From a virus (taxonomy: Duplodnaviria > Heunggongvirae > Uroviricota > Caudoviricetes), in IMG/VR virus record IMGVR_UViG_2541047857_000009: a stretch of DNA of 64,000 nucleotides. One strand, 5' to 3'. The notes under the pieces were generated by a model. That model was not told the DNA's origin. It did no database searches and was given only the letters and a program-made list of their open reading frames with translations. Shown piece after piece: positions 1 to 9,024 of the stretch. Every line of letters begins with the position of its first letter. The first letter of the stretch is position 1. The translations under genes were made by a program, and so were the position numbers.

Positions 1-216
1 TTATTGGTTATCCGCTTTAGAAGCATTGACCTGATCTTCCCATGATGCGATCTCAGATTCCCGCCAGCGCTTAGGGTTGCCGGGAATCGTTGGTTTAGGG
101 AAGGGGCAGGTGAAGCTCGAAGGCATGCGCGCCGGTGTACTCCAAAAGTACAGCGTACTCCGGGAAATTTTGTATCGAGCCAGGATGTCACTGGTAAACA
201 AGATGCCGTCATTCAT
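1..216 (-). CDS. AlpA/excisionase-like small DNA-binding protein
   Basis: 71-aa ORF; FPKP...NPKRWRESEIASW resembles AlpA/Xis family. Confidence 0.5.
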   Translation of the reverse strand: MNDGILFTSDILARYKISRSTLYFWSTPARMPSSFTCPFPKPTIPGNPKRWRESEIASWEDQVNASKADNQ

Positions 217-325
217 TATTCTTTACTCCAGGCAAAAAAATGCCCTCGCAATGGAGGGCAAATGGGGGATAACGTGGCAGTGCATTCGCACCCAATAGCC
301 AGCTCATAACTGGCTATCAGTTACG

Positions 326-550
326 TCATGATGTTGGTGGTTTCGGTAGAGGTATCCAGTGCGTTACATTAATCGGATACCATTCGATGCCGTAGTTTTG
401 CTCATACACCTGAGCGTACCAGCCGTCGCCTTTGGGATGGCATTCGCAGTACTGACCAATATGCAATTCAACGCCAAATTCTGGGCGTGGCCAGATATAG
501 ACAAAGTCATCGTCCTCCGGTAATCGCTCACTACAAGGCACCCATTCCAT
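326..550 (-). CDS. DUF551-like phage protein
   Basis: 74-aa ORF, W..P.SERLPEDDD N-terminus typical of DUF551 prophage proteins. Confidence 0.45.
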   Translation of the reverse strand: MEWVPCSERLPEDDDFVYIWPRPEFGVELHIGQYCECHPKGDGWYAQVYEQNYGIEWYPINVTHWIPLPKPPTS

Positions 551-559
551 AATATCTCC

Positions 560-799
560 TCATGCCGCCCGCATAGCGCGGAGGCGTTTTAAGTGTTCTG
601 CTGTTTCGATTTCTTCGGCGATCCGCTCAGCCTGTGCTTTGGTAAGCGGCTCGAATTCATGCTGAAAGCGGCCCATGCTGGCGATACAGGTGCGACCGTT
701 TCTGATGTAGTGGATGACTTCGTTGGTAGCGCGGAGGATTTTGCAGGGCGCCCCGTGGGGATCTGCGTACCAGGTATTAGGCTGGATTATCCTGAACAT
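560..799 (-). CDS. hypothetical protein
   Basis: ORF; internal Met chosen to limit overlap with upstream gene. Confidence 0.35.
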   Translation of the reverse strand: MFRIIQPNTWYADPHGAPCKILRATNEVIHYIRNGRTCIASMGRFQHEFEPLTKAQAERIAEEIETAEHLKRLRAMRAA

Positions 800-1448
800 T
801 GGGCACCACCTTAAATTCGATAACCCAAACCCATGGGTTAGCTTCCCAGTTGTCGGCACCGTAGATGCTCATCCAAAGGTCACGGAAGTTAATGCGATAT
901 TCCCATCCGGGAAGAACCCCGCCGGAAGGCGGCGTAATGCCTTCTGACTTTGCATCGTCCTCACTCAGATCTCTAAGTCGCTCAACACGCACGCCGGTAA
1001 TCTCCAGAGTTAGACGACTGGCCCAGCGCGGCATGTGAATCGAAGGCGTCCAGCGTATTTCATCAGCCGGCGGCACATTCTCGTAATGAGTTGGAAGGTG
1101 CTCAGGATAATCCGCGCGATAAAGTTTCAGGTCCGGCGCGCCAGCACCAGCTTCAGCCCACGTTTCGCGCACCCAGATGCGATCGCCGACGGCACCGAAC
1201 GGGCAGGTGTAGCCTTCATTCTCATCTGCAACGCCAAACACATCTTTCTTTGCAGGCTGCAGGTATCCGTTTTTATCGACCACGCCAGGCGTGTACCAGT
1301 GTGCGTTTAAATCCAGATCGTAACCGTTATGCGTTGGGTGGAAGCCATCAGACGGCTGAATTTTCATGATGCGCCGCGTCTGCGTCTTCCGGCCGTCGAG
1401 GATGGCGCGCACCATCTCGCCGTTAAAAATCATTCCGCGCTCTTTCAC
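777..1448 (-). CDS. ASCH-like domain phage protein
   Basis: N-terminus MIFNGEMVRAILDGRKTQTRR matches the G-[RK]-KT-x-T-x-R hallmark of ASCH/PUA-like domains. Confidence 0.45.
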   Translation of the reverse strand: MKERGMIFNGEMVRAILDGRKTQTRRIMKIQPSDGFHPTHNGYDLDLNAHWYTPGVVDKNGYLQPAKKDVFGVADENEGYTCPFGAVGDRIWVRETWAEAGAGAPDLKLYRADYPEHLPTHYENVPPADEIRWTPSIHMPRWASRLTLEITGVRVERLRDLSEDDAKSEGITPPSGGVLPGWEYRINFRDLWMSIYGADNWEANPWVWVIEFKVVPNVQDNPA

Positions 1449-1672
1449 TGGATTCCCCTCTGCTTATTCTTCAGCTCGATGACGGATTGGCAATCCGCGC
1501 ACGTCTGGCAACCGGGAACGGCAGAGCGCCGCGGCTCGGGAATTGGTTCGTCGCATTCTTCACAACGCTCAGCTGATACGGCGTTACGGTTGAGGCGGTG
1601 AGCGGAAAGGGCAGCGTTACGCTGAAGCTCTTCAATCTCTGCTGCGGTGTCTATGATGTCGGCCATGGTCAA
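1445..1672 (-). CDS. TraR/DksA-family C4 zinc-finger protein
   Basis: 75 aa with CEECDEPIP...CQTCADCQ four-Cys motif. Confidence 0.6.
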   Translation of the reverse strand: MTMADIIDTAAEIEELQRNAALSAHRLNRNAVSAERCEECDEPIPEPRRSAVPGCQTCADCQSVIELKNKQRGIQ

Positions 1673-1757
1673 TGCTCCCGGAACTGTCGGTTAATTCGGT
1701 TGAAGGTGAACGCCAGCAATAAAAAAGGCCGACTAAGCGACCTAGTGATTAGTGCCT

Positions 1758-1949
1758 TCATGCTGCACCGCCTTCATTCTTCTCGGCTTCGACCGCCATC
1801 TGCTCAAGCCGTCGCGATAGCTCGGCGGCCAGTTTCTGGAATTCTTCTTCGGTCGCCACCGGGATCGGCACAAAGCGAATCCCTATGTGCGCCAGGTGGT
1901 TGGCGATTTCGAGGCTTTTCCTCAAATCAACTGGTGAGGCTCTGTTCAT
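1758..1949 (-). CDS. hypothetical phage protein
   Basis: 63-aa ORF in operon, ATGA-coupled to neighbour. Confidence 0.35.
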   Translation of the reverse strand: MNRASPVDLRKSLEIANHLAHIGIRFVPIPVATEEEFQKLAAELSRRLEQMAVEAEKNEGGAA

Positions 1950-2242
1950 GCGGCGCGATCCTCTTCCTGGAAGATAATTTCCATTTCAAGCTTCTCGGCC
2001 AACGCATTCTCCGCTCGGGCACCAGCGGAGTGCTCCCAGCCTTCAAGCATGTAGATAGCATCAGCACAGCGAAGCATAGACAGGCAGATGTCCATGTACT
2101 CGGCCTGGGTTAATCCATCTGGTAGACGGGCGGGATTCAGAACAATATGGCCTTTCGACCAGAGATGAAAATGCGCATGGTTAAAAGCGGCGCGGTTAAA
2201 ATTAGGTAGGCCGCTCATGGGCCCGGCAATATAAACTTTCAC
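1946..2242 (-). CDS. DUF4406 / nucleoside 2-deoxyribosyltransferase-like protein
   Basis: MKVYIAGPMSG N-terminus and LEGWEHSAGA motif typical of DUF4406. Confidence 0.55.
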   Translation of the reverse strand: MKVYIAGPMSGLPNFNRAAFNHAHFHLWSKGHIVLNPARLPDGLTQAEYMDICLSMLRCADAIYMLEGWEHSAGARAENALAEKLEMEIIFQEEDRAA

Positions 2243-2457
2243 GATTCCACTCCGAAGCGGCGATTAAGCCGCCCTGTGTATACGACGAACTCCAGGAGGC
2301 TAACTCCCATAGCTTCAATTTTCTTATGATGCTTGTTGATGATGGGAGGCACCGTTTCGTTCCAGTTAGGCTTTGGCTTCTTGCGCATGGCCTGCTGGAT
2401 TTCTTCGGTGCAGCGGCGGCAGGCGGAGCGGATGGCGTTGTCAGTTTCTGGCGTCAT
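2239..2457 (-). CDS. hypothetical protein (CxxC-containing)
   Basis: ORF with start overlapping methyltransferase stop (ATGA). Confidence 0.3.
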   Translation of the reverse strand: MTPETDNAIRSACRRCTEEIQQAMRKKPKPNWNETVPPIINKHHKKIEAMGVSLLEFVVYTGRLNRRFGVES

Positions 2458-3005
2458 GCAGCCTCCCGGCGGGCGAGAAGTTTCGCCCCGAAAGCCATCA
2501 GCTCGTCCCGGTCCACAGTTGCGAAGTGGCAATGCGTTCGGGGGTATGGCCGCCAAATAATCAGGATGGATCCTTTGCTATTTCCCGATACCGGCTTACC
2601 GGTGACCGGGTTAATAAATGCCAGCCGCCCGGCGGTGATGAAGCGAACATCGCTGGCGGTCTGGATTGCCTCCTTGAACCAGCCAACCGAAGTGTCAGCT
2701 GGGACAAGCATGACCGTGCCGATCTGATTGGCGCTCTCGGCGGCGGCCTTCTTAACAAACGGTGTAATGTCGCTGTATGGCGGGTTCAGCCAGACGTAGC
2801 CGGGAATGTTCAGGTAATCAGCCCAGGGCGTTTCCAGCGTGTTCTGCTCGGCGGTGATGAACTTGCGGCAAAGGGCGTTATGCGGGGCCGCGGCGGCATC
2901 CAGTTGGAAGCAGAACTCAGCATCAAGGGAGGCGAAGAGGGCGGGTGGAGTGCGCCATAGGTCACGCTGATCCGCTGGGGTGTTGCTGCCGGTGTAATCA
3001 GTCAT
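2454..3005 (-). CDS. phage DNA N6-adenine methyltransferase
   Basis: 183 aa with NPPY catalytic motif (LNPPYS) characteristic of N6-adenine MTases. Confidence 0.7.
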   Translation of the reverse strand: MTDYTGSNTPADQRDLWRTPPALFASLDAEFCFQLDAAAAPHNALCRKFITAEQNTLETPWADYLNIPGYVWLNPPYSDITPFVKKAAAESANQIGTVMLVPADTSVGWFKEAIQTASDVRFITAGRLAFINPVTGKPVSGNSKGSILIIWRPYPRTHCHFATVDRDELMAFGAKLLARREAA

Positions 3006-3154
3006 GCCGCCTCCTGCCTTTCCCGATATTCCTCAGCGAGCCGCTGCGCCTTTAATGGATTGCTTACCACTTCACCCCATGGCATTAGCCAGCCGTTACC
3101 AATGAAGGGAAGGCACACAGTGCCAACCCTGATGTCGTCGTGAGCGTGAGTCAT
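3002..3154 (-). CDS. small hypothetical protein (50 aa)
   Basis: ATGA-coupled at both ends within the operon; not in ORF track (<60 aa). Confidence 0.3.
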   Translation of the reverse strand: MTHAHDDIRVGTVCLPFIGNGWLMPWGEVVSNPLKAQRLAEEYRERQEAA

Positions 3155-3585
3155 AGGATGGACTCCATTTCGTCGATGTAGAGGCCCTGAGCAATCAGGC
3201 GACTACGGCGGGCGGCACGTTCAATGCACTCCTGCCGTCTACCTTCCTGCGATTGTTCAATGGCGCGCCGGGTGAACAGCCGCGATTTACCCTGTGGCGT
3301 AATGACCTTTGGCTTCGTGACCAGGTCGAAAGTCCGGTCGCAGATTCCGTCCTCGTTGATCCATTTCTCAGACTCAACTATCTGCGCTATCTGTCCGGTG
3401 CCGCGGGTGATGCCGTTGGCGACCCGGTTAAACTCAATGAGCGTTACGCCAAACTTCTCAGCGATTTCACTACCGGTTACCGGGCGGCCGCGCGTCTGAA
3501 TCATCCAGATAACGCGCTCACGGAGACCGGAGAATTGCCCGGTTCGCCCGGGCCGACGGTAGAAGGGTGTGCGTTTCATTTCCAC
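3151..3585 (-). CDS. hypothetical protein, possible winged-helix DNA-binding
   Basis: 144-aa ORF in early-left operon. Confidence 0.4.
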   Translation of the reverse strand: MEMKRTPFYRRPGRTGQFSGLRERVIWMIQTRGRPVTGSEIAEKFGVTLIEFNRVANGITRGTGQIAQIVESEKWINEDGICDRTFDLVTKPKVITPQGKSRLFTRRAIEQSQEGRRQECIERAARRSRLIAQGLYIDEMESIL

Positions 3586-4256
3586 TGCTCCCCGAACGTG
3601 AAGCCGATCTCCGCCAGCGCCTCGTCCATCTTCTCGATGAACTCCGGCACCATTTCTTTGAAATCGGTCATGTACTGTGGATCCCGCTCAACGACGACGT
3701 GGTGAATACCTTCGCGCTTCATGCGCGGGTCGTAGTTGGCAAAGAACCAGGCGTCTTTTCCGGTAACCCACATGCTGTACTGCACCTGGGCCATGTACGC
3801 AGACTTGATGGCTTCGAAACCGCCAAGGCGGAACTTCATGAAGTCGCGAGAGGTGAAAGGGCATTTAAGCTCAAGGCCGAACCCGTTACTGCACAGGCCG
3901 TCAGGGGAGCACGCGGTGCGCATGCTCTCGTCACGGAACAGGATCGGCGACTCCGTGACTTTCACGTCGGTGGTGAACTCGAAGAGGGTACGAGCGTCTT
4001 CCTCGTACTGCTTACCCCAGGCCAGCGCCTTAGCGTTAACCTCTGGCGCTACGCCTGTGCATACCTCGGCGAGCAGCGTGTGGAAGTAGGACATTTTCAT
4101 ATCTGTCCACTTCTTCCCCGATCTTGGCTTGGATATGACGTTGTGTACTTCTGAGGCAGTAATGACACCGAGGCGCAGCCGGTGCCACGCCTCATCGCCC
4201 TGTTGGATAGTGGTTACGTCAATGCCGGTCCGAGCTAGGATAATTTTCGGTGTCAT
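3576..4256 (-). CDS. exo: lambda exonuclease (Red-alpha) homolog
   Basis: 226 aa, near-colinear with lambda Exo as I recall it (MTP.IIL.RTGIDV...[31 protein letters not shown]). Confidence 0.85.
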   Translation of the reverse strand: MTPKIILARTGIDVTTIQQGDEAWHRLRLGVITASEVHNVISKPRSGKKWTDMKMSYFHTLLAEVCTGVAPEVNAKALAWGKQYEEDARTLFEFTTDVKVTESPILFRDESMRTACSPDGLCSNGFGLELKCPFTSRDFMKFRLGGFEAIKSAYMAQVQYSMWVTGKDAWFFANYDPRMKREGIHHVVVERDPQYMTDFKEMVPEFIEKMDEALAEIGFTFGEQWK

Positions 4257-4459
4257 AGTTTTACCCTGTATACGTTCTGCTTATTTGAACGGGTGCCATC
4301 GTGAAACCATATTGCGCACCTGGTGACTTCTATCCATTTACGCCGCTCAAGCTCGGCGATGAACCATGAAACGCGAGACCTTGAAATGCCTAAAATCTTT
4401 GCCATGTCGCGAATGCTGTGCTTTCCGCTTCGCAACAGTGAAAGCAGGGAGGGTGTCAT
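4253..4459 (-). CDS. small HTH protein
   Basis: 68-aa ORF between bet-like and exo; [24 protein letters not shown]-like. Confidence 0.4.
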   Translation of the reverse strand: MTPSLLSLLRSGKHSIRDMAKILGISRSRVSWFIAELERRKWIEVTRCAIWFHDGTRSNKQNVYRVKL

Positions 4460-5316
4460 GCTGCCGCCTTAGCTTTTTTCTGAAGGAAGTTGAACCCTTT
4501 CTGTGCCTCTTCTTCAGTGAGGTCGGACGCCTCAAGAATTGGCCGTTTGAAGATGTCGCTGCACACTGGGAGGAAGTCTTCCTCCCAGTCTTTATTCAGC
4601 GATGTTAAGAGATCGGTGATCGCCTGAAGCGTTTCTTCGCTTGCTGCTGGTGGAAGTGCTTCTGTGGTGCTGCGCGGCGTGACGTCACGGATATCAACGT
4701 CCAGTGATTTGCCTTCCATTTCTTCGGCGGTAGGCTGCTGTCCAATCTCAGGCCATGCCTTACGCAACGCCTGAGCTTCCGCGCATTTCGCCAGCTGTCC
4801 GTATGGGCGCTTTTTCCACATCGCATTCGGCGCCGTTGTTTCGCGGCCGCCGGTGGCATAGTTTTCAATCCAGTATTCTTTGGCGCTGAACTCGACGATC
4901 TCGCCGCTGGGCATGCGCTTGAAAACGGTGTATTTGCACCACTGAGGGAAGGTCACCTCGACACCAGTAAGCGTCTGAGTTACATCGGGCCCGAACTCAG
5001 GCTCCCGTGCCCCGGCATAATCGCCAGAGCGGTCTGCCTGAATGCGGTAAAGCCCGATTCCTGGCATGACCACGTCGCGCCAGTCACCTTTACCTGTTTT
5101 CGAGTCTTTGACGTACATCGGAACGAGGTGGACAGGTTTGAGCAACGGATCCAGCTGGCGGGCGCGGCAGTAGTCAAGCGCCATCATTACCGATTCGTCT
5201 TTGGCGCCAGGGTAGATGCTGTTCTTCAGTGCACTCCAGGTGGAGACGTCGACGCCTATCTCCTGAAGCGACTTCGCTGTGATTGTTAATTCGTTTGCCA
5301 TCGTTAATCCCCTCAA
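4456..5316 (-). CDS. Red-beta/Bet-family single-strand annealing protein
   Basis: C-terminal 60 aa closely resemble lambda Bet C-terminus (ETLQAI..LL..L.K.W..D.LP.CS.IF.R); sits upstream of exo. Confidence 0.7.
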   Translation of the reverse strand: MRGLTMANELTITAKSLQEIGVDVSTWSALKNSIYPGAKDESVMMALDYCRARQLDPLLKPVHLVPMYVKDSKTGKGDWRDVVMPGIGLYRIQADRSGDYAGAREPEFGPDVTQTLTGVEVTFPQWCKYTVFKRMPSGEIVEFSAKEYWIENYATGGRETTAPNAMWKKRPYGQLAKCAEAQALRKAWPEIGQQPTAEEMEGKSLDVDIRDVTPRSTTEALPPAASEETLQAITDLLTSLNKDWEEDFLPVCSDIFKRPILEASDLTEEEAQKGFNFLQKKAKAAA

Positions 5317-5319
5317 AAA

Positions 5320-5604
5320 TTAAAACGGGCAGCCGGTACGGTGTTCCCAGTCGTATTCCGCCTGGGCGTAAGCAACTACCGAAATGAAATCGTTGTAGGC
5401 CTCGCCAGCTTTATCGCTGCGAAGCCCTTCGTATGGGCTGGAGTCTATCGGGATCGTGAAGTGGAAGAGGCCGGACGGCTCTTTAGGCATCATGTCGATG
5501 ATTTTCTGCGCCCGGTCGTCGATCCACTTCTCTTTCTCGTCGGTGATCTGCTGCTCAGCCCAGCGCCGATCTTCGATGCGGTCGTAAGTGAGGTATGCGT
5601 TCAT
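5320..5604 (-). CDS. hypothetical protein
   Basis: 94-aa ORF. Confidence 0.4.
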   Translation of the reverse strand: MNAYLTYDRIEDRRWAEQQITDEKEKWIDDRAQKIIDMMPKEPSGLFHFTIPIDSSPYEGLRSDKAGEAYNDFISVVAYAQAEYDWEHRTGCPF

Positions 5605-5611
5605 GGTTGCC

Positions 5612-6583
5612 TCAGTAATGAATTTTCGCGCAGGGGATCAGGTCATCTTTCAGAGCGGTAAGCACTTCGATAGCCTGCTCGCGGGTTAAGCTGGTTTGGC
5701 TGGTGAGCGCGTTAACGATGTTGGTGCCGACCGTCTTGCGGTGCTTAACGTCAGCTTCACGCTTTGCCTGCTCATCGGCGAGGCGCTTCTCTTCGGCCAG
5801 GCGGGCATCTTCGGCCTGTTTGGCCTTCAGGCGCTCGGCTTCAACCGCCGCGGCTTTTTCGCGTTCCGCCCGGGCTTCCGCTTCCTGCTTCTCGCGAGCT
5901 GCACGCTGTTCCGCTTCGACGCGCTGGCGCTCCGCCAGTTCAGCGCGGGCTTTCTCTTCGGCTTCACGGCGCGCTGCGGCTTCAATCTCCGCTTTGTGCT
6001 TCGCTTCGGCATCGCGGCGGGCTTGTTCTGCTGCTTCCTGTTTCAGCCGCTCATCACGTTCACGCTGAGCCTGTTCCGCCAGACGGCGCTGCTCTTCGCG
6101 GTCACGGTCAAAATCCTTGTTCATCAGTAGAGCCATTTCGTGGTCCGCTTCGAACTTGGCAGCCAGCTCCTGATCGAACCTGATGTTCATCTCCAGCGCT
6201 TCGGCGTGCATCGCGTTCATGGCTTCTTCAGCCTTAATGCGTTCCTGCTCGGCTTCCCATTCGGTGAGTGGGCGGCGGGTCGCATCGCGCAGCTCGTCGC
6301 AGGCATCAACGAATCGCTTAATTTCGGCCTCAGCCGGACGCACAGCCTCTTTCAGGCGCTTCAGGTACTCACGGCCCGGCTTTTCGATTGCCGTCTTGCT
6401 GCGGGACACCTGCGCTGCCAGAGAGGCAACACGGTCACGGCCTTTCTTCGTGGACAGGTCCGGCACTTCGTTTACAGCCTGGCGGATTTGCTCAAGGTAC
6501 GCGTCAAGGCCGCCCGCTACGTAAAGCACTGGGGCCTGTTCCGGCTTGATTTCGATGACAGTTAAGTCCGTTACTTCGCTCAT
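5612..6583 (-). CDS. hypothetical charged coiled-coil protein
   Basis: 323 aa; central about 150 aa of E/R/A/K/Q-rich repeats. Confidence 0.45.
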   Translation of the reverse strand: MSEVTDLTVIEIKPEQAPVLYVAGGLDAYLEQIRQAVNEVPDLSTKKGRDRVASLAAQVSRSKTAIEKPGREYLKRLKEAVRPAEAEIKRFVDACDELRDATRRPLTEWEAEQERIKAEEAMNAMHAEALEMNIRFDQELAAKFEADHEMALLMNKDFDRDREEQRRLAEQAQRERDERLKQEAAEQARRDAEAKHKAEIEAAARREAEEKARAELAERQRVEAEQRAAREKQEAEARAEREKAAAVEAERLKAKQAEDARLAEEKRLADEQAKREADVKHRKTVGTNIVNALTSQTSLTREQAIEVLTALKDDLIPCAKIHY

Positions 6584-6652
6584 GGTTTCTCCTGAAATTT
6601 GGATGTGCAGATCCCGCCCGCAGAAGCCAGGCCGATCGGTTTAATAGGATGG

Positions 6653-6862
6653 TTAGTGCTGGATAGGGTTGCCGTGACCGTCCAGAAGGACGTCAATCAC
6701 GCAGTCACTGAGGCGGATAATTTCTGCATCGGTGTGCAGGTACACCCATTTGCGCTCCTGAATGACTGCTGAGACGCGATAGGTTCGGCCTTCATGCATT
6801 GCCATCATTCCGGGCGTGACGCACTGGCGAATGAGCGGGGTGGTACCGTAGTGGTGCATCAT
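6653..6862 (-). CDS. hypothetical protein
   Basis: 69-aa ORF, ATGA-coupled. Confidence 0.35.
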   Translation of the reverse strand: MMHHYGTTPLIRQCVTPGMMAMHEGRTYRVSAVIQERKWVYLHTDAEIIRLSDCVIDVLLDGHGNPIQH

Positions 6863-7017
6863 ACCTTCACCTCAACCTGTTCCAGGAGGCCAGCCATATG
6901 CATCTGCCAGCGGTTAAGCGTCAGCTTTTCACGCGGTGCCGATACGGACGTCAGCTGCCACTCGTTATCGTTGAGCTTTTTGTCGGTGTACTGCTTGCCG
7001 TTGTGGGTGACTGTCAT
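6859..7017 (-). CDS. small hypothetical protein (52 aa)
   Basis: GGGAGG RBS, ATGA overlaps on both sides. Confidence 0.3.
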   Translation of the reverse strand: MTVTHNGKQYTDKKLNDNEWQLTSVSAPREKLTLNRWQMHMAGLLEQVEVKV

Positions 7018-7523
7018 GATGCCTCCCGAGCTTTGGCGTTTGCCGCATTGATGGCGTCAATGTTCATCAGGCAGTAGATAGCGCATTCAGCGTCGTAATC
7101 ACTCAACCCGCCGCTTGCCAGCTTATTAAGTGCGGTGCCAGTTAAACCGATCTTGAAGCAGATAGAGCCGTGTTTAGGGCCATATCCATAGCGATGGTCT
7201 TCACGCTGATCGCTCCATTGGGCGTAGTTTTTTGTGCCAAAATAACGCTCGCTCAGACGGTTGAACCCCGACGCAATGTCGTTAATCGCGTCTTCAACAC
7301 ACCCGCGCCGTTCCGTGCTTTGTTTCGGGTCTCCGAAGTTAATGATCGTCATGCCATGCCGAACCATCTCAACCGTTAGGCCTTTATTGGCATAGTTGAT
7401 ACCTTCAGCCACGGCAATCAACTCCTTGCCGATGCGTGAGGTGTCATCAACAAACTTCGCCTTCAACTGAGCCAGCTCGGCTTCAATTGCCATTTTCTTC
7501 TTGGTCAATTCGATAAGAGTCAT
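7014..7523 (-). CDS. hypothetical early protein
   Basis: 169-aa ORF, no family recognised. Confidence 0.45.
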   Translation of the reverse strand: MTLIELTKKKMAIEAELAQLKAKFVDDTSRIGKELIAVAEGINYANKGLTVEMVRHGMTIINFGDPKQSTERRGCVEDAINDIASGFNRLSERYFGTKNYAQWSDQREDHRYGYGPKHGSICFKIGLTGTALNKLASGGLSDYDAECAIYCLMNIDAINAANAKAREAS

Positions 7524-7656
7524 AATTGTCTCCGCGCTTAAGGCCGCGCCGCCGAACGGTTAATACAAGACTTCAACGCATTTATTCAGTGTTTCAATGG
7601 GCGGTGGATGGCCGCCGGTTGTCATAACTTGAGCCACTCGTAAATGACCCCAGGTA

Positions 7657-7682
7657 TGAAAAAAGCCGCTGGTTAGGCGGCT
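7657..7682 (-). terminator. rho-independent terminator downstream of first early-left gene (tL1-like)
   Basis: AGCCGC/GCGGCT stem with T-tract on minus strand. Confidence 0.5.
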
Positions 7683-7897
7683 CTGTTAATCCATTCTCGT
7701 GCGTTGCGTCGGCACATCCATGCCAGCTTTACCCAAAGGTCATGAAACCCATCACCACGCACTGATGCTCGACATTTTTTGCGGTACTGCCTGTAATCTT
7801 CACTGCACTCGGCAGCATATTTATCAGTTGTGCTTTGCATGCTCTTACCCTCTGTCGTTACCCGCTGATGCGGGAGAAATTCTTTATCTATCAGCTG

Positions 7898-8110
7898 CTA
7901 CAACTCATCACGAATCTGTGAGAGTGTGCTGATCGCCTGGTAATGACCGCGACGCTGCTCTTCTGTTTTGAACGCGCGCATATCGTCTTTTATCGATGCG
8001 ATTGCCTTATTCAGAACTTCCACTTGCGCTTCTTTAATCGCCTGTTTGCGTGGCTTCTGACGCTTCTTAGGAAGGTCTCTTAAACACGCCGGAATGTATG
8101 TCTGAGTCAT
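7898..8110 (-). CDS. small basic protein at the N-antiterminator position
   Basis: 70 aa, KKRQKPRK basic N-terminus; first gene leftward of OL; no nut sites found. Confidence 0.35.
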   Translation of the reverse strand: MTQTYIPACLRDLPKKRQKPRKQAIKEAQVEVLNKAIASIKDDMRAFKTEEQRRGHYQAISTLSQIRDEL

Positions 8111-8325
8111 AAAAAATCCTCTTGTGATTCAGCACAGCCCACTCAGCTTCGAATGGACTGGAATAAATCTTTTTTTCGCTTTGCCATAATTGCCGCTCTC
8201 CCTGAGCCCGCCTATGGTCCGACGCATGGTTTACTGTCGCGCCGTTCGACTGACCGAATCTCCACTTCGCCGCTGGCTAACTTCGCTCAGCTGTCGATGT
8301 TTCGTTTCGATGGGCTAACAATAGC

Positions 8326-8380
8326 TAAAGCGATTATTTCAGTCAATCGCCAAAACGATATTTATCATCGATAAAGTGAT
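8326..8380. promoter_or_regulatory. OL-like operator region
   Basis: GCGATT-N9-AATCGC and CGAT-N7-ATCG palindromes sharing the ATCGC half-site with OR. Confidence 0.4.
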
Positions 8381-8483
8381 AATTCATTGAATGTTAAAGC
8401 GATATTTTTTTTAAATGAAGTGGAAAAAAGTGATGTTGAAGGCGGTTTGATGGGAGCGAATTGGAGGTAGTAGATGGAGGTAT

Positions 8484-8506
8484 AAAAAAACCGGCTTTCG
8501 CCGGTT
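8484..8506 (-). terminator. rho-independent terminator ending the cI-lipoprotein operon
   Basis: CCGGC-tttc-GCCGG hairpin plus T7 on minus strand, 6 nt after lipoprotein stop. Confidence 0.65.
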
Positions 8507-8512
8507 GGTTAA

Positions 8513-8989
8513 TCAGTTGCAGTTAACTTTCCTGCCTACGAAGATCAAGTCTCCGTACTCGTCATTGGTATTCTTAAACCTAAGAACCTGTCCATTACGG
8601 ATAAAGGCCCAGTAGAGTTGCTTACCTGTGTATCCGCCATAAGAATTTTTTGCGTTCACGAAAACACACGTTGAGTAACCGTAAACAAAGTTCCTGTTCT
8701 CAACCATAACCTCTTTGCGGAGTGGAGAGAAGTCGCTGAATTTCGCGGAATCAGGATCCTTTAAGGCATCCTTGATTGTTTCCTGAACCAGCTCTTTATA
8801 GTTCTTTGGCTTTTCACCGACATCGGCTGTTTCAAGATTGATATTTCTAACCTTCTCGGCAAACTCGGCATCATGTTTTTTAGCCTCAGCCATCTTCTGA
8901 TCGTAATCAGAAGCAATACGGGCATAAGGTGGTTGCGCACACGCGCTGAGCAATGCAGAGGCGATAACTACAGCTGCTAATTTTTTCAT
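8513..8989 (-). CDS. lipoprotein (moron co-transcribed with cI)
   Basis: 158 aa; signal peptide with lipobox LLSAC; lower GC than flanks. Confidence 0.6.
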   Translation of the reverse strand: MKKLAAVVIASALLSACAQPPYARIASDYDQKMAEAKKHDAEFAEKVRNINLETADVGEKPKNYKELVQETIKDALKDPDSAKFSDFSPLRKEVMVENRNFVYGYSTCVFVNAKNSYGGYTGKQLYWAFIRNGQVLRFKNTNDEYGDLIFVGRKVNCN

Positions 8990-9024
8990 CTTCCCATCCC
9001 AGAGTAATTACTGTGTAAATTTTG

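Noticed and set aside
5696-6183. Several plus-strand ORFs (121-144 aa) inside the charged coiled-coil gene
   Set aside because: Frame artefacts of the repetitive GC-rich sequence; translations are poly-Ala/Arg/Ser strings
8111-8320. nutL boxA/boxB upstream of the N-position gene
   Set aside because: No convincing CGCTCTTA boxA or boxB hairpin on the transcribed strand; the antitermination mechanism is left unassigned
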